From the NCBI GenBank assembly GCA_013265495.1, contig MU061579.1, forward strand, positions 6,486,124 to 6,550,123: a DNA stretch of 64,000 bases. The letters run 5' to 3'. This DNA comes from Vicugna vicugna. Taxonomy: Eukaryota. Below the pieces are notes generated by a model, which did not search any database, was not told the origin of the DNA, and saw nothing but the letters and a program-made list of their open reading frames with translations. The stretch's first letter is position 1, and every line of letters starts with the position of its first letter. Made by a program: the position numbers and the translations under genes. Shown here one piece after another: positions 1 through 12,289 of the stretch.

Positions 1-99
1 CTGTTTTTTAATGAACTTACTGGCCTTTCTGTGACTTCATTGATGATTTCTACTTTTCTTCCAAACCCTTTAGCATTAGTTTGACTCAGGAATTAGATT

Positions 100-445
100 T
101 TTTTTTTCATAGTTTACATTAGGGTTTACTCTTGATGATGTATATGCTATTGGTTTTGACAAATGCATAATGACATGTAGCCACTATAGTATCATAAAGA
201 ATAATTTCATTGCCCTAAAAATCCCCTGTGCTCAGTCTATTCATTTGTCCCTCTCTCCCTCTCACCAAATCCCTGGAAACCATGATCTTTTTATTGTTTT
301 TGTAGCTGTGCTTTCCAGAATGCCATTTGTTTGGAATCATACAGTTTGTAGCCTTTTCAGACTGGCTTCTTTCACTTAATAATATGTCTTTTAAGTTTCT
401 TCTATGTCTTTCATGGCTTGATAGATTTTTTTTTTTACTGCACAT
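100..445 (-). mobile_element. Old L1 (L1MC-like) 3' UTR fragment
   Basis: Motifs such as 'gttttgacaaatgcataatgacatg', 'ccctggaaaccatgatcttttt' and 'ccagaatgccatttgttggaatcatacag...ttcagactggcttctttcactta' match the antisense L1MC/L1MD 3' end as recalled. Confidence 0.65.
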
Positions 446-919
446 GTATCTTTTCATTTACATATATGTACTGTTCATTGTTTCTAAGAACGTTTAGAGA
501 TTTAGAAAACATTACTTAGAGCAAAAGAGACAGACATCAAAGGATTGTGGTTTTTTTCATTTTTATCAAGTTCAGCCACCATCAAACTGATGGAAGCATG
601 TCATAAGAGTGTGTGTATTTCAACTGAAATGTGACAGAAGCTATATATTCTGTGTTAATGGATGTGATTCAAACATATGGTCCATACACTGACTTTCTGA
701 TACTGTCGAGGGTTAGGAATTTGAAAGATTTGTGAAATCATAAACTTTACATTGACACATTTCACTATTTTTGTTGTATACAGATGTAAATACAAAAAGA
801 AAGGTAAGAAAAATTACCATTAGACAATAATGGAGAAAATGACATTTTAGTTACAACCCTTTCTCTGACAACCCCCCGTCCTCCCCACCGACACTGACCA
901 GACAACTGATCAATCCAGG

Positions 920-2333
920 ATGTCAGTTGCTGGTTGGGTTCCAGGTGGAATGTTGGGGTGTCCCCTGGGGCTTGTTGTGGCTGGTGGATCCATGATAACT
1001 GGGCAGAGCCCTGTGGTGGACCAGTGCCATGGAGGGGCTATTATCCTCTGTGGATCTTGGCTTTGGGCTGATCCTTAGGCAGCTGAGTGTGGTCCTGGTG
1101 TTGCTGGTGCCCAATGGCCTGTTTCCTCAGTTCATGTTCCAGAGACTCCACTGGGAGACGATGTTGAGTCTGCCTGTCCTCAGCTTATTGGTAGGTGTCT
1201 TATTTACCTTCAGACTTATTCAGTCTGTTAGAACTCAAGTTAATGGAAGACATGAAAAGCAGCTGGCAAAAACATTGGCTGCATAGATTGAGGAGAAGTA
1301 CCACCTCATGGACAAGCTTTGTGTGGCTAAAAAGGAGTGTGCCAAGATGGAGACAACTTTAAAGAATGCCAGGCTAGAGAAGGAGCCAGTAAACATACCC
1401 AGCCTCGCTGACACTTACAGAAAGTTGATGATGGTCAACCTGGTTTGAGGAAGGAAATCAATTTTCTCATCTGAGAACTGAAGAGAGAGAGATCCCTACA
1501 GTCTATCCAAGAGATGGCGGAGATGCTAAAAGCGCCCAAGTTCCTGGAAGAGGTCATGAGAATCAGCACACCACAGGGGCTTTTACAAACCAGCCAGGGG
1601 CCGACGCACCAAGTCCTGATGGTCCCTTTCCCAGGAGTGGGCCCTTGTATTAAAGCTGTGCTGTTCCCTCCCCTCCACTCAGGCCTCCCAAGCTGCCAGG
1701 CTGCATTCACTCTTAGTCAGATCTCCACCTGAGCTGCACTGAGGCCAGTGGAGGGAGGGCAATCCCCTCCTTTGGACCAGAGTTCCTTCAACTTTACCAG
1801 TGAGCACAGCAGTGAACTCCTTACATCTCTCATCTAAAATAGACTGGAATTCCCAGAACATACCACAAAGCATGGGGCTTTTTTTATATTAAGAAAATGT
1901 TTGGATTATCTCTTATTAGTTGTGAAAGAAATGTTGTAATTGAGACTGATCTTCTACTTAGTTTGAATCTATATTAAACCTCATTTCTCAAGACAGTTTA
2001 GGTAACTATTATACATCAGCAATGTAAGTGAAGTGTATATATAGTTATTCTGTGTACAAATATTGCATTATAATTTGAAGATGTATGCAATTTGTCAATA
2101 TGATACTTTTAGATAGCCATAGCACTTATTTTTAGAGTTTAATTCTGAAGTTATAAGTTTAAGTCAAAGAGCCTTTTTTTACCTGAGTCTGTATAGTTTT
2201 TTTAAAAAAATAGATGAACTTTTTTAAGATGAAGTTAAATTGTGCTCTTAGAAGACGTTTTTATCATTTAATTTTTATATTCTGCTGTAACAATATCCAT
2301 AATTTAAAAATAAATTTGATAAATAAAAAAAAA
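920..2333 (+). pseudogene. CTAGE5: Processed pseudogene of the cTAGE5/MIA2 (TANGO1-like) family, internally shortened
   Basis: ATG at 1029 in gccATGG context reads MEGLLSSVDLGFGLILRQL...HWETMLSLPVLSLLVGVLFTFRLIQSVRTQVNGRHEKQLAKTLAA*IEEKYHLMDKL...LKNARLEKE...SLADTYRKL; after a frameshift near 1444 it continues LRKEINFLI*ELKRERS...MAEMLK. This is collinear with cTAGE5 (GLLLEEL, PWE, TM, RSVRSR, EKKLA, LIEEK, SLKDASFEKE, LEDEILCLEKELKEEKS). Stops at 1284-1286 (TAG) and 1472-1474 (TGA); no introns; AATAAA at 2309-2314 and A-run at 2325-2333. Confidence 0.85.
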
Positions 2334-2989
2334 GAATTTCATTTTCCTCTAATTGGTCTTGTTGGACTGAGTTTTTAGGTCTTCTCTAGGACTTCAATTT
2401 TATTTCTCGAGTTTCTTTTCTCATCTACCTGAAACCCATCTTTCAGGAATATACCAAATAAACTTTTGGTAAATGTATATTTATCTTTATTAGAAACAGG
2501 TGTCTTCATAGAATTTCTAGTAGTTTGGAAGAATTTGAATGTACTAGAATCATAGCATGTGTGTCAGCTGCAGTTAGCATTCTAGCTAAGGGGAGTTTAT
2601 TGTTTCAGTTTTAGTCATTATAATACAGTCCTGTTTAACATTGCATGATCTGTGGATTGCCATAAACTTGGTACAGATTGGAGTGCTGATATAACATGAA
2701 ATGAAGCATCTTGTCTGAATGTAGCTTTTGTTTTGCATTTAACAAATTAGTATGTTTCTATTTGTCTCTGATGGATTTCATTATTTGCTGCAAGGGTTTT
2801 AAGGGGTTTGACAGCATGAATGGTTTGTCCTACAGACTTTTGAGAATTGATAAAGCATCTTTGTTGTTTGTACAAAAGCACCACAGATATATAGATGGAC
2901 ATACAAAAAGGGATGGCTTGTGTAGCTGCAACATAAAATAAACCAAAAAAATAATTTTTGAGTTGCTGAAAAAAAAAATTAGGTACTAA

Positions 2990-4095
2990 ATATGTGTGGT
3001 TCCAAAAATCTGTCATGCTTTATTTCCATATCTACCCAGATACATAACTACTGTTACAAGTCTCTTGAACATTTTTCTAGACTATTTTTATAAAAATATG
3101 AAGAAGTTATAAATATATAGTCTTATTTTCATTTTCTCATGACAGATATATCATGCATACTTCTCTGAAGTTTGTTTTACTTCTTATATTTTGGAAATCT
3201 CTAGTTTAAAGAGAGCTTCCTCATTCTTTTTTTTTTCAGTTGCAAAGTATTCCATTGGATAGATGTATTATACTTTATTTAACCAACTCCCCTACTGATA
3301 GACATTTAGGTTGTTTTCAGTCTGTTGATATGATAAGCAATGTCTCAATTCTCCAGTAAGTCTGAACATAAGTTGAACATTTCAGATACATGCAATTATA
3401 TCTACAGGAAAAAATATTTATTTGCATTATGGCTGCTGGATTGAAGAGTCTACATCTTTATAAATTTTATATGTTGTCAAATATACTACCATAGAACTTG
3501 TACAAATTTACATTAATACCATCAATAATCAAAAGTGTTTTGCTAAGCTTCATCAACAAGGTGATTCTCAAGCATTTTTTTTTATTTTTTCCAATTGGAC
3601 AGATATAAAACAATATCTTAGAGTGATTTTATTTTGTATGTCTCTTAGGAATAAAATTGAACACCTTTTATATGTTTCTGAACCATTTGTATTTCACCTT
3701 CTTTTAACTGTTTATTCATATTCCTTATTTTTTTGGTATTTTCTATTTATTTCCAAGAGTTCTTTACATATTAATATTTCTGATATGAGTTTTAAATACT
3801 TGTTCACAATTTATTTTTCATTTTTTTATTGTGAAAATAGTGTTTTTATTTTAGATTTTGCAATGTAAAACTTACACATATATACACAAATTTATCAGTC
3901 TTTTTCTTCATAATTTGCAGGCTTTGAGTATTGGGAAAAGGGCTTCTCCAATCTAAGGTTAAAATATTTTCCAATTTTTCATTATTTAATTTTTAAAATT
4001 TAAATATTTGAGTATATTCTGGTGTATGGTAAAAAGTATAGGTCAGAATTACTTTTATAGATGTTTATCTAGTTGTCCCAACACAATTTATTGTA
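2990..4095 (-). mobile_element. Old L1 (L1ME-like) 3' UTR / ORF2 end, degraded
   Basis: 'agtattccattggatagatgtattatactttatttaacc...gacatttaggttgttttcag' and 'tagttgtcccaacacaatttattg' are diagnostic antisense L1M motifs. Confidence 0.65.
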
Positions 4096-4104
4096 TCTTT
4101 CCTT

Positions 4105-5670
4105 TCCTAAGTGATGTTACCATCCATTCCTAGTTTGCTGAGTTTTTCTTATTAGTAGGTGCTGGATTTTATCAAATTATTTTTCTGCATCAATTGATAT
4201 GATCACATAATTTTCTTTTTTAGCTTGTTGATATGATGTTTACATTGATTGATTTTCTAATGTTGATCCTACTTTGCATACCTTGAATAAATCCCATTTG
4301 ACCAGTATGTGATTCTGTTTATACACTGTTTGGTTTGATTTGCTAATATTTTGTTGGGGATTTTGCATCTATGTTTGTAAGAGATATTGGTCTGTAATTT
4401 TCCCTTCTTGTAATAATCTCTTTGTCTAGTTTTGATATTAAGGTAATGCTGGCCTCATATAATGAGTTAGGAAATACTCCCTCTGCTTTCATGTTCTGGG
4501 TGAGACTGTAGGGAATTGTTATCAATTCTCCCTTAAATATTTGGTAGAATTCACCATTGAAACCATCTAGGCCTGGTGCTTTCTTTTTTGGAAAGTTATT
4601 AATTATTGATTTAATCTCTATTTATTGGTGTAAGTTTGGATAGTTTGTGTCTTTTAAAGAAATTGGTCCATTTCATCTCAGTTATCAATTTTGTGGGCAT
4701 AGAGTTGCTCTTAATATTTAATATCCTTTTAATACCCACAGGATGAGTAGTGATGATTACTCTTTCATTTTTTATATTGGTAATTTGTGTTTTCATTCTT
4801 TTTTCTTGGTTAGCCTGATTAGATGTTTATCAATTTTATTGATTTTTCAAAAATCACCTTTTGGTTTTGTTGATTTTTCTCTGTTGTTCTACATTTAAAA
4901 TTTTCTTTAATTTATTCGCTAATTTTTATTATTTTTCTTTTTTTCTGCTTTGTTTTAGGCTTAAACTGCTCTTCTTCTCTAGTATCCCAAGATGGAGGCT
5001 CACATTATATATTTAGATCTTTCTTATTTTCTAATATATGCATTTAATATTATACATTTTCCTCTAAGCACTTACAAATATTGGTAAGTTATATTTTCAT
5101 TTTTATATAATTCAAAATATTTAAAAACTTCTCTGACATTGTGTTATTAAGAGGTATCTTGTTAACCTGCAAATACTTGGAGATTCTTCTGATACAGATT
5201 TCTTATAATTCCAGTATGGTGTGAGAATATACTTTGTATGATTTGTATTCTTTTAAATTTGTTCAGGTGTGTTTTATAGCCCAAAATGTGGTCTATATTG
5301 GTAAATGCTTCATATGACCTTGAGAAGAATGTTTACTCTTCTGTTGCTGAATGGACTATTCTATTAATGTCTACAGGTCAAGCTGACTAATAGTGATGTT
5401 TATGTCAACTGTATCCTTAGTAATTTGCTGCCTGCTTCATTTATCAATGACAGAAAGAGGCATGTTGAACTTTTAAGCTGTAATAGTAGATTTGCCTATT
5501 TCTCCATCAGCTTTTGCCTCACCTGTTTTGATGTTCTATTGTTAGATGCATATATGATTCTTATATCATTCTGGAAAATTAACCTCTTTATCATTATATA
5601 CTGACTGTTTTTATCCTCAGTAATCTTCCTTGTTTAGAAGTCTGTTTTGTTTGAAATTGATATAGCTATT
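4105..5670 (-). mobile_element. L1 ORF2 fragment (endonuclease to RT region)
   Basis: Minus-strand ORF 4343-4525 contains 'PNSLYEASITLISKLDK...[14 protein letters not shown]' (L1 RT); many stops and frameshifts. Confidence 0.9.
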
Positions 5671-6950
5671 CCAAGTTATTTTATTATTTTTGATGGAATT
5701 TTAAACGGGACTTTTTTAAACTTTCTCCTAGTTCATTATTCATGTGTAGAAAATGATTTATTATATTTATTTTGTATCCTGCAACTTTACTTAAATCATT
5801 TATTAGTTCTAATTACTTTTGGGTATCATGTCATCTGCAAATAGTGACATTTTTACCTCTCCTCTTCCAATTTGGATGCCTTCTATTTCTTTTTCTCATC
5901 CGATTGCTGTCATTAGGACTTCCAATGTTATGTTAAATAGAAGTGGTGAGAGTGGGCATCCTTGTCTTCTTGAATTTAGAGGAAAGGCTTTCAGCTTTTT
6001 GCCCTTGAGTATGATGTTGGCTGTGGTTTGTTGTAAATGGCCTTTACTATGTTGAGGTATGTTCTTTCTATACCCACTTTGATGAGATGATTCATAATTA
6101 CCATGAATGAATGTTGAACACTGTCAAATGGTTTTTCTGTATCTATTGAGATGATCATGTGATTTTTATCCTCCTTTTGTTAATGTGGTATATCACATTG
6201 ATTAATTTTGAATGTTGAAGCATCCTTGTGTCCCTAGAATAAATCCAAATGGATTGTGATGTATTATTCTTCTTATATATTGTTGGATATATTTACTAAT
6301 ATTTTGTTGAGGATTTTCATATCTATATTTACCAATGATATTGGTATGTAATTTTCCTTGTTGTAGAGTCTGGTTTGAGTTTCAGGAAAATGGTGGCCTT
6401 GCAGAATGAACTTGGGAGTGTTTCATCCACTTCAATTTTTTGTAGTAGTCTAAAAAGGTTAGGTATTAGTTCTTCCTCATGTATTTGGTAGAATTCCCCT
6501 GTGAAACCATCCAGTCCTGGAATTTTCTTCACTGGGAATTGTATTATAAATTCAATTTCACTACTAGTGATTGATCTATTCAAATTATCTGTTTTTTCTT
6601 CATTCAGTCTTGGCAGGTTATATATTTCTAAAAATTTGTCTGTTTCTCCTAGGTTGTCCAATTTGTTGGCATATAACTGTTTTGAGTGTTCTAGTATGAT
6701 TTTTTTGTTTCTCTGTGGTTGTCGGTTGTTATTTCTCTTCTATCACTTCTTACTTTGTGTCCTCTCTCTTTTTTCTTGATGAGCCTGGGTAACGGTTTAT
6801 CAATTTGGTTTATCTTTAAAAAAAAAAAAAACAGCTCTTGGTTCCATTGATCTTTTCTATATTTTTTTTAATCTCTGCTTTATTTAGGATCCTCTCTGAT
6901 CTTTATTATTTCTTTTCTTCTGCTGACTATGGGCTTTGTTTTGGATTTTG
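5671..6950 (-). mobile_element. Second L1 ORF2 (RT) fragment, antisense
   Basis: ORF 6329-6661 reads 'DNLGETDKFLEIYNLPRLNEE...[12 protein letters not shown]...LPSSF'. It repeats the RT region already covered by 4105-5670, so it is a separate copy. Confidence 0.9.
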
Positions 6951-6956
6951 TTTGGG

Positions 6957-7680
6957 CCTTGTATACTGTTTGTAGGCATGTAAATTGGTATACTCACTAC
7001 GAAAAAAAAGTATGAAGTTTCCTCAAAAATACAAAATTAGAACTAACATATGATCCAGCAACTTTGCTCCTGGGTATGTATCCAAAGAAAATGAAAACAC
7101 TAGTTCAAAAACATACATGTACCTCAATGTTCAGAGTTCACTATTTATAAGAGCCAAGACATGTAAAGAACCCAAGTGTCCATCAACAGATAAATGGATA
7201 AAGAAGAAGTGATACACATACACACACAGACACTCCACAATGGGATATTACTTAGCCATAATAAAGAATGAACTTCTGCCACTTGCAGCAATGTAGACAG
7301 ACTTAGGGAATATTATGCTTAGTGAAATAAATTAGACAGAGAAAGACAAACAATGTATCATACCGCCTATATATAGACTCTAAAAAATAATACAAACGAA
7401 TGTATATGCACAACAGAAAGTGACTTACAGATATAGAAAACAAACGAGTGGTTACCAGTGAGAAAAGGGAAGGGGTAGGAGCAAGTTAGAGGTATGGGAT
7501 TAAGAGATACAAACTACTATGTATAAAATAGATAAGAAACAAGAATATATTGCATAGCACAGGAATTATAGCCATTATCTTATAATAACCTTTAATGGAG
7601 TGTAATCTATAAATATACTGATCACTATTCTGTACACCTGAAACTAATATAATATTGTAAGTCAATTACACCTCAGTTTT
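6957..7680 (+). mobile_element. L1 ORF2 C-terminus plus 3' UTR (cetartiodactyl-type), sense
   Basis: 'tagaactaacatatgatccagcaact', 'agatacaaactactatgtataaaatagataag' and terminal 'tgtacacctgaaactaatataatattgtaagtcaattacacctcag'. Confidence 0.85.
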
Positions 7681-7728
7681 ATATATATATATGTATATAT
7701 ATATGTATGCATGTATGTATGTATGTAT
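7681..7728. repeat. (AT)n/(ATGT)n microsatellite at the L1 tail
   Basis: atatatatatatgtatatatatatgtatgcatgtatgtatgtatgtat seen directly. Confidence 0.85.
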
Positions 7729-9839
7729 CTTTACACTACATCTCCTTTCATTGTCTCATTGCTTATTTTTTTAAGTTTCTGAATTTGTGCTTTGCATTCA
7801 TTTAGAATTAATTGTTTTAATTATTTTATTCAATTTGTGTACAAATGTTGGATCATATTTTTTCCTATTTTGAGCAACACAATTTCTAATAAGTGGGGAT
7901 TGTAAAGTCTACTTAATACATTTTGCTTCTTTTTCAAAGATTTTCTTTTTGTTGTACTTTGTATAGATGAAGTTTCAGTTCTTTTTCTTTTTCTTTTTTT
8001 GCTATTTACTTCTGAATAAGTTAGATTTTCCTGAACCTCTTTACAGGGCATCACCCTGCATCAGTAGTGGGACCAAAGCCCTGATTAACCTTTAAGGTTT
8101 TCTAAAAAAGGGGCCCCTGTTTTTCTTGCTGCCACAGAGACAGTATTCAGCCCACCTCCTCTATTCTCTGATTCTAACAGCATACAGGATAGTTTCTGCC
8201 TCCAACACTGTTATCCCTCAGTGTCTCAAGAACCTCCATAATGGGACATACCATGATCCTCAAGGTAAATTTTTGAGCTTCCAGACATTTATGTATGTCT
8301 TGTGGTATTTAGGGCTGTCTACTGATACTAGTCTCTCTCCATATCTTTTACACCTCCACTTCTCCTCCCCTACACTCTGCTTCTTCTCCAGCTCATTTTT
8401 GCTCACCTCAGCTCTTGCTATGGCTGTTGTAAATTCAGGATATTGCTATAGCTTTCAGAGTAAACCTTTCCTAACCAGGGAATGAACCCTGGGCTCATCT
8501 CTAAGATCTGCTGACCCTAGAATCCCTTGACATTCTCCATTCTTCTTCCCACTTGGCCACTCTCAGCTGATTTTGAGTTTTGAAAGTAAAATTAGCAAAA
8601 TTTAGTTTGTTTATTAACTCTTTGTTTCTCTTATTATTTTGTTTGATTCCCAGGAGGAGGAAAAGATAGTGAAATATGCTAGAAGTACTCATACCGTGGA
8701 CTTTTTCTGGAGAATTTTTTCTCAAAAAACCACAGTTGATTTTTCCTCACAATATGGATTTGAGCCACACTGATTAATGGGACATGCTGGAATTTTTGTA
8801 ACTGAAATAGTCTGGGTTTTGACTAGGAAGGAGTGGGGTCTTACTTCTAGTTTCCCTTCAACAGGTGTCTTTTCCATCCCTAAGGAAATTCAAATACTAT
8901 AAATTTAAAAACAGTATGAGGGAACAGCACTCCCAAGTTCTGATCCAACTGCAAACATGTCAATACTCAGTTTCCTCCAAATGTCAAGCCTCAACATACT
9001 AAAAAAGTCAAACAAACCTCTTGAGAAATGTTACTACACACACTTCAATAATTCAAAATGAGGTAGCATATCAAGCTGGCCAAGAGATTGCCTTGCAGAG
9101 AAATGTGATATACTCTTCAAGCTGAGAATCATGACTATTATTTTACTTGTCACTTCTTAAAACTAAATACTTCAGTTTTCTTAATTTTATTTTAATCTCT
9201 GCTTTATTAATATATTTACATATAAATTAGAGAGAAACATTCTTCATAACATTTCCTTTGATGCCTTTACCCGTTTTCAAAATACCTCTTTCTCTCCAGT
9301 TCTCTTTTGGCTTTTTCAATAGAAACAATCTCCAATAATCCTTGCACACCTAAAGTGGAACTAATTTAAATTTAGCCTGATAAATCCTAGAAAGGAATTT
9401 ATCTTCATGTTATTTTTTAACTTACTTGAATCCATACTGCTTGGTGTGGATTCATATAAGGTATACAGTGATATTATTTTTAGTTTAATAGCTATTGAGT
9501 ACTTACTGGGGAGAGGAGGGTAATTTATGCAAATACCCTATGGAGAGAATAATCATTTTTATTTACTAATGTAGTTTAAGTAAAAATCCTTCTAAATCAA
9601 GCAGTTCATTATAAGGAACATGGGTTAGTAATAATCTATTTGACAAAATGCAAATTCTGACTCCAAAAAATTGATTTTAATGTGGAATTTTGCTGTTTAA
9701 ATCTAATTCAACAATCAAACACTGAATCTTGACTCTGAGCAGAGTTTTGCTAAAAATAAAAATAAGTTCCTAACTGAAGAATTTGGAAATAAGATCATAT
9801 AATTCTAAGATACAAAGTATGTTATATAAAGTGACCAAG

Positions 9840-10596
9840 AATAGCCACATGCAAAAAAAAAAAAAAGAAAAGAAAAAGGAAAATGGAACACTGTCTTATA
9901 CCAGACACAAAAATTATCTCAAAATGGATTAAAGCCTGAAATGTAACACCTGAAACCATAAAACTCCTAGGGAAAAAAGACATAGGCTTTAGGTTCCTTG
10001 ACATTGGTCTTGGTGATGCTTTTATGGATTTGACACCAAAAGCAAAGGCAAGAAAAGCAAAAATAAACAAGTGGGACTATAGTAAACTAAAAAACTTCTG
10101 CACAGCAAAGGAAACCATCAACAAAATAAAAGGTAACCTCCTGAATTGGAGAAAATACTGGCAAATCATGTATCTGATAAGGGGTTAATATTTAATATAT
10201 AGAAAGAACTCATTCAAGTCAATAGCAAAAAAAAAAAGTGAACAATCCCAACAATTAAAAATGGGCAGAAGATCTAACTAGACATTTGTCCAAAGAAGAC
10301 AGTGAGATGGCCAACAAACACATGAAAAGATGCTCAACATTATTAACCATCAGGGAAATGCAAATTACAAGAGATCACCTCATACCTGTTAGAATAGCTA
10401 TTATCAAAAAGACAAAAAAGTAACTTTTTAGAGAGGATGCGGAGAAAAGGAAACTCTTATGCAGTGTTGATGGGAATGTAAATTGGTGCAGCTGCTATAG
10501 AAAACAATTCAGAGGTTCTTCAGAAAGTTAAAAGTAGAACTACCATATGATCCAGCAATTCCACTCCTGGATATTTATCTGAGGAAAACAAAAACA
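9840..10596 (+). mobile_element. L1 ORF2 C-terminal fragment
   Basis: 'aaaattatctcaaaatggattaaagcctgaaatgtaac', 'aacaagtgggactat...aacttctgcacagcaaaggaaacc' and 'gaactaccatatgatccagcaattccactcctgg'. Confidence 0.9.
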
Positions 10597-11990
10597 TTGG
10601 AGAAAAGATCAAGATGGTGGAGTGGAAGGACTCAGAGCTCACCTCCCACCATGAACACATCAAAAATACATTTACACATGGAGCAATTCTCACTGAAAAC
10701 TAATGCCATAAGAAAGATCCACAGGAAATGGGTAAGAAGGAAAGCAAAGCTGTCAGTTCAGGACCTGTGCCCTTGGGAAGGGACTCAGAAGAGGAGGGGG
10801 ATTACAAGGATGGAGATCCTCCCCAGGGAGTGAGTGGGTCAAGCCAATATTGGGGACCCCAGCCCTGAGGTCCAACACCAGGAAGATGAATCCCCTCAGC
10901 TAGTCTGAAAACCAGTAGGACTAGTAGGAGAAACCTAGACTCAGCCGGTGTAGAGCACACACATACTTGCTTTCTCCCCAGACAAGGTGAAAGAAACAAA
11001 CTGAATCTGTACGGATTCTGGCCACTTTCCCGAGACCATCCAGGCACATGCCCCAGCCTGAGCCAAGTGCTCTGTCTGGCCCTGCTTACTCCTCAAGGCA
11101 GACGCAGCTCCACACTAGGGCAAGGACTACCGCAGCTGAGGAGGGTGCTTGGTTATGAGGGAAGAAGCCAGCTCTGACCCAGAATGGCATTTAAAGGAAG
11201 TGGGGCAGACAATACTGGTACTTACAGAGGCTATATCCGGAACAGTCCTGAATTCCAGGGCCAGGATCATCACAGCTCTCACCCTGACCGATACTGAGCC
11301 CCTGTCCCAGCCACTCTTGTTCCACTACTGCTCCTCTATTGTGGAAGGTGCTGCTGCTGGTGCTGTGAGGGTGGGAGAGCACGCACTTAGAGGAAATGCT
11401 CAGACCTGACTCTCAGGGCTTCTGCCTCAGCAATCTGGGACCCAACCCCACACCCAATAGGGTAGTGTTGACCACTGAGCAGAAGAGAAGCCCTAGGTCG
11501 CACGTGGCTCTGGCTCTAGCCAGCACACCCTGGTGGAAGATGTAACTTGTGTTCACGTCAGATCCAGCCCTCCCACCAAAGCCACTGGGCACATGGAGAC
11601 TATTCAGGGACATTCCCATATGAGGATACCCCATCAAGACTGCAGTAAGTAACTCTTTCACCTACTTTCATAGAGACAGAGAACAAAGTGAGAACATGGA
11701 GGAATTTGTTTTAGTTGAAAGAAAAAGAGAAAACTCCAGAAAAAAAAATCTAATGAAATAGACATAAATGATTTACCACATAAAGAGTTTAAAACATTAG
11801 TAATAAGAATGCTAACTGAATTAGGGAAATGAATAAATGAGCACAGTGAGAATGTTAAGAAGGAACTAGAAAATACAAAAAAGAATTGGTCAGAACCAAG
11901 GAATATAATAAATGAAACGAAAAACATACTAGAAGGAATTAATAGCTCACTAGGTGATACAGAAGAATGCATAAGTGATCCGAAAGATAA
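10597..11990 (+). mobile_element. L1 5' UTR plus start of ORF1 (3'-truncated)
   Basis: Starts with the L1 5' signature 'gatcaagatggtggagtggaaggac', then a GC-richer UTR, then degraded ORF1 coiled-coil sequence from about 11690 ('gaaatagacataaatgatttaccacataaagagtttaaa'). Confidence 0.8.
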
Positions 11991-12289
11991 AGAGCTATGC
12001 ATTTGGCATGTTTGGAGCAGAATCTTTGTATAATGGGGAAATTAGATATATTATGATCAATTAGGACAAATTACAATTTTGTAGGCAGAATTAGTAGGAA
12101 GTGTCTTGTAAGTATGGCAGATTGATCACATATATTTATTTTCACTCCTACCAGGACCTTCTACAATGACAATTTCAAAAAATAAATGGAGATAATTGTA
12201 TTGATATATAGATGTGCAGATTAGATTAGATTAGATAGGTTTCCTATACTTGTGTAGATAAGTGGTGGAGACCACCTTATAGATTATGA

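Noticed and set aside
7730..8640. 119-aa ORF 8126-8485 / possible HAL1 or L1 5' remnant
   Set aside because: The ORF has a non-ATG start and no homology; the repeat identity is too uncertain to call.
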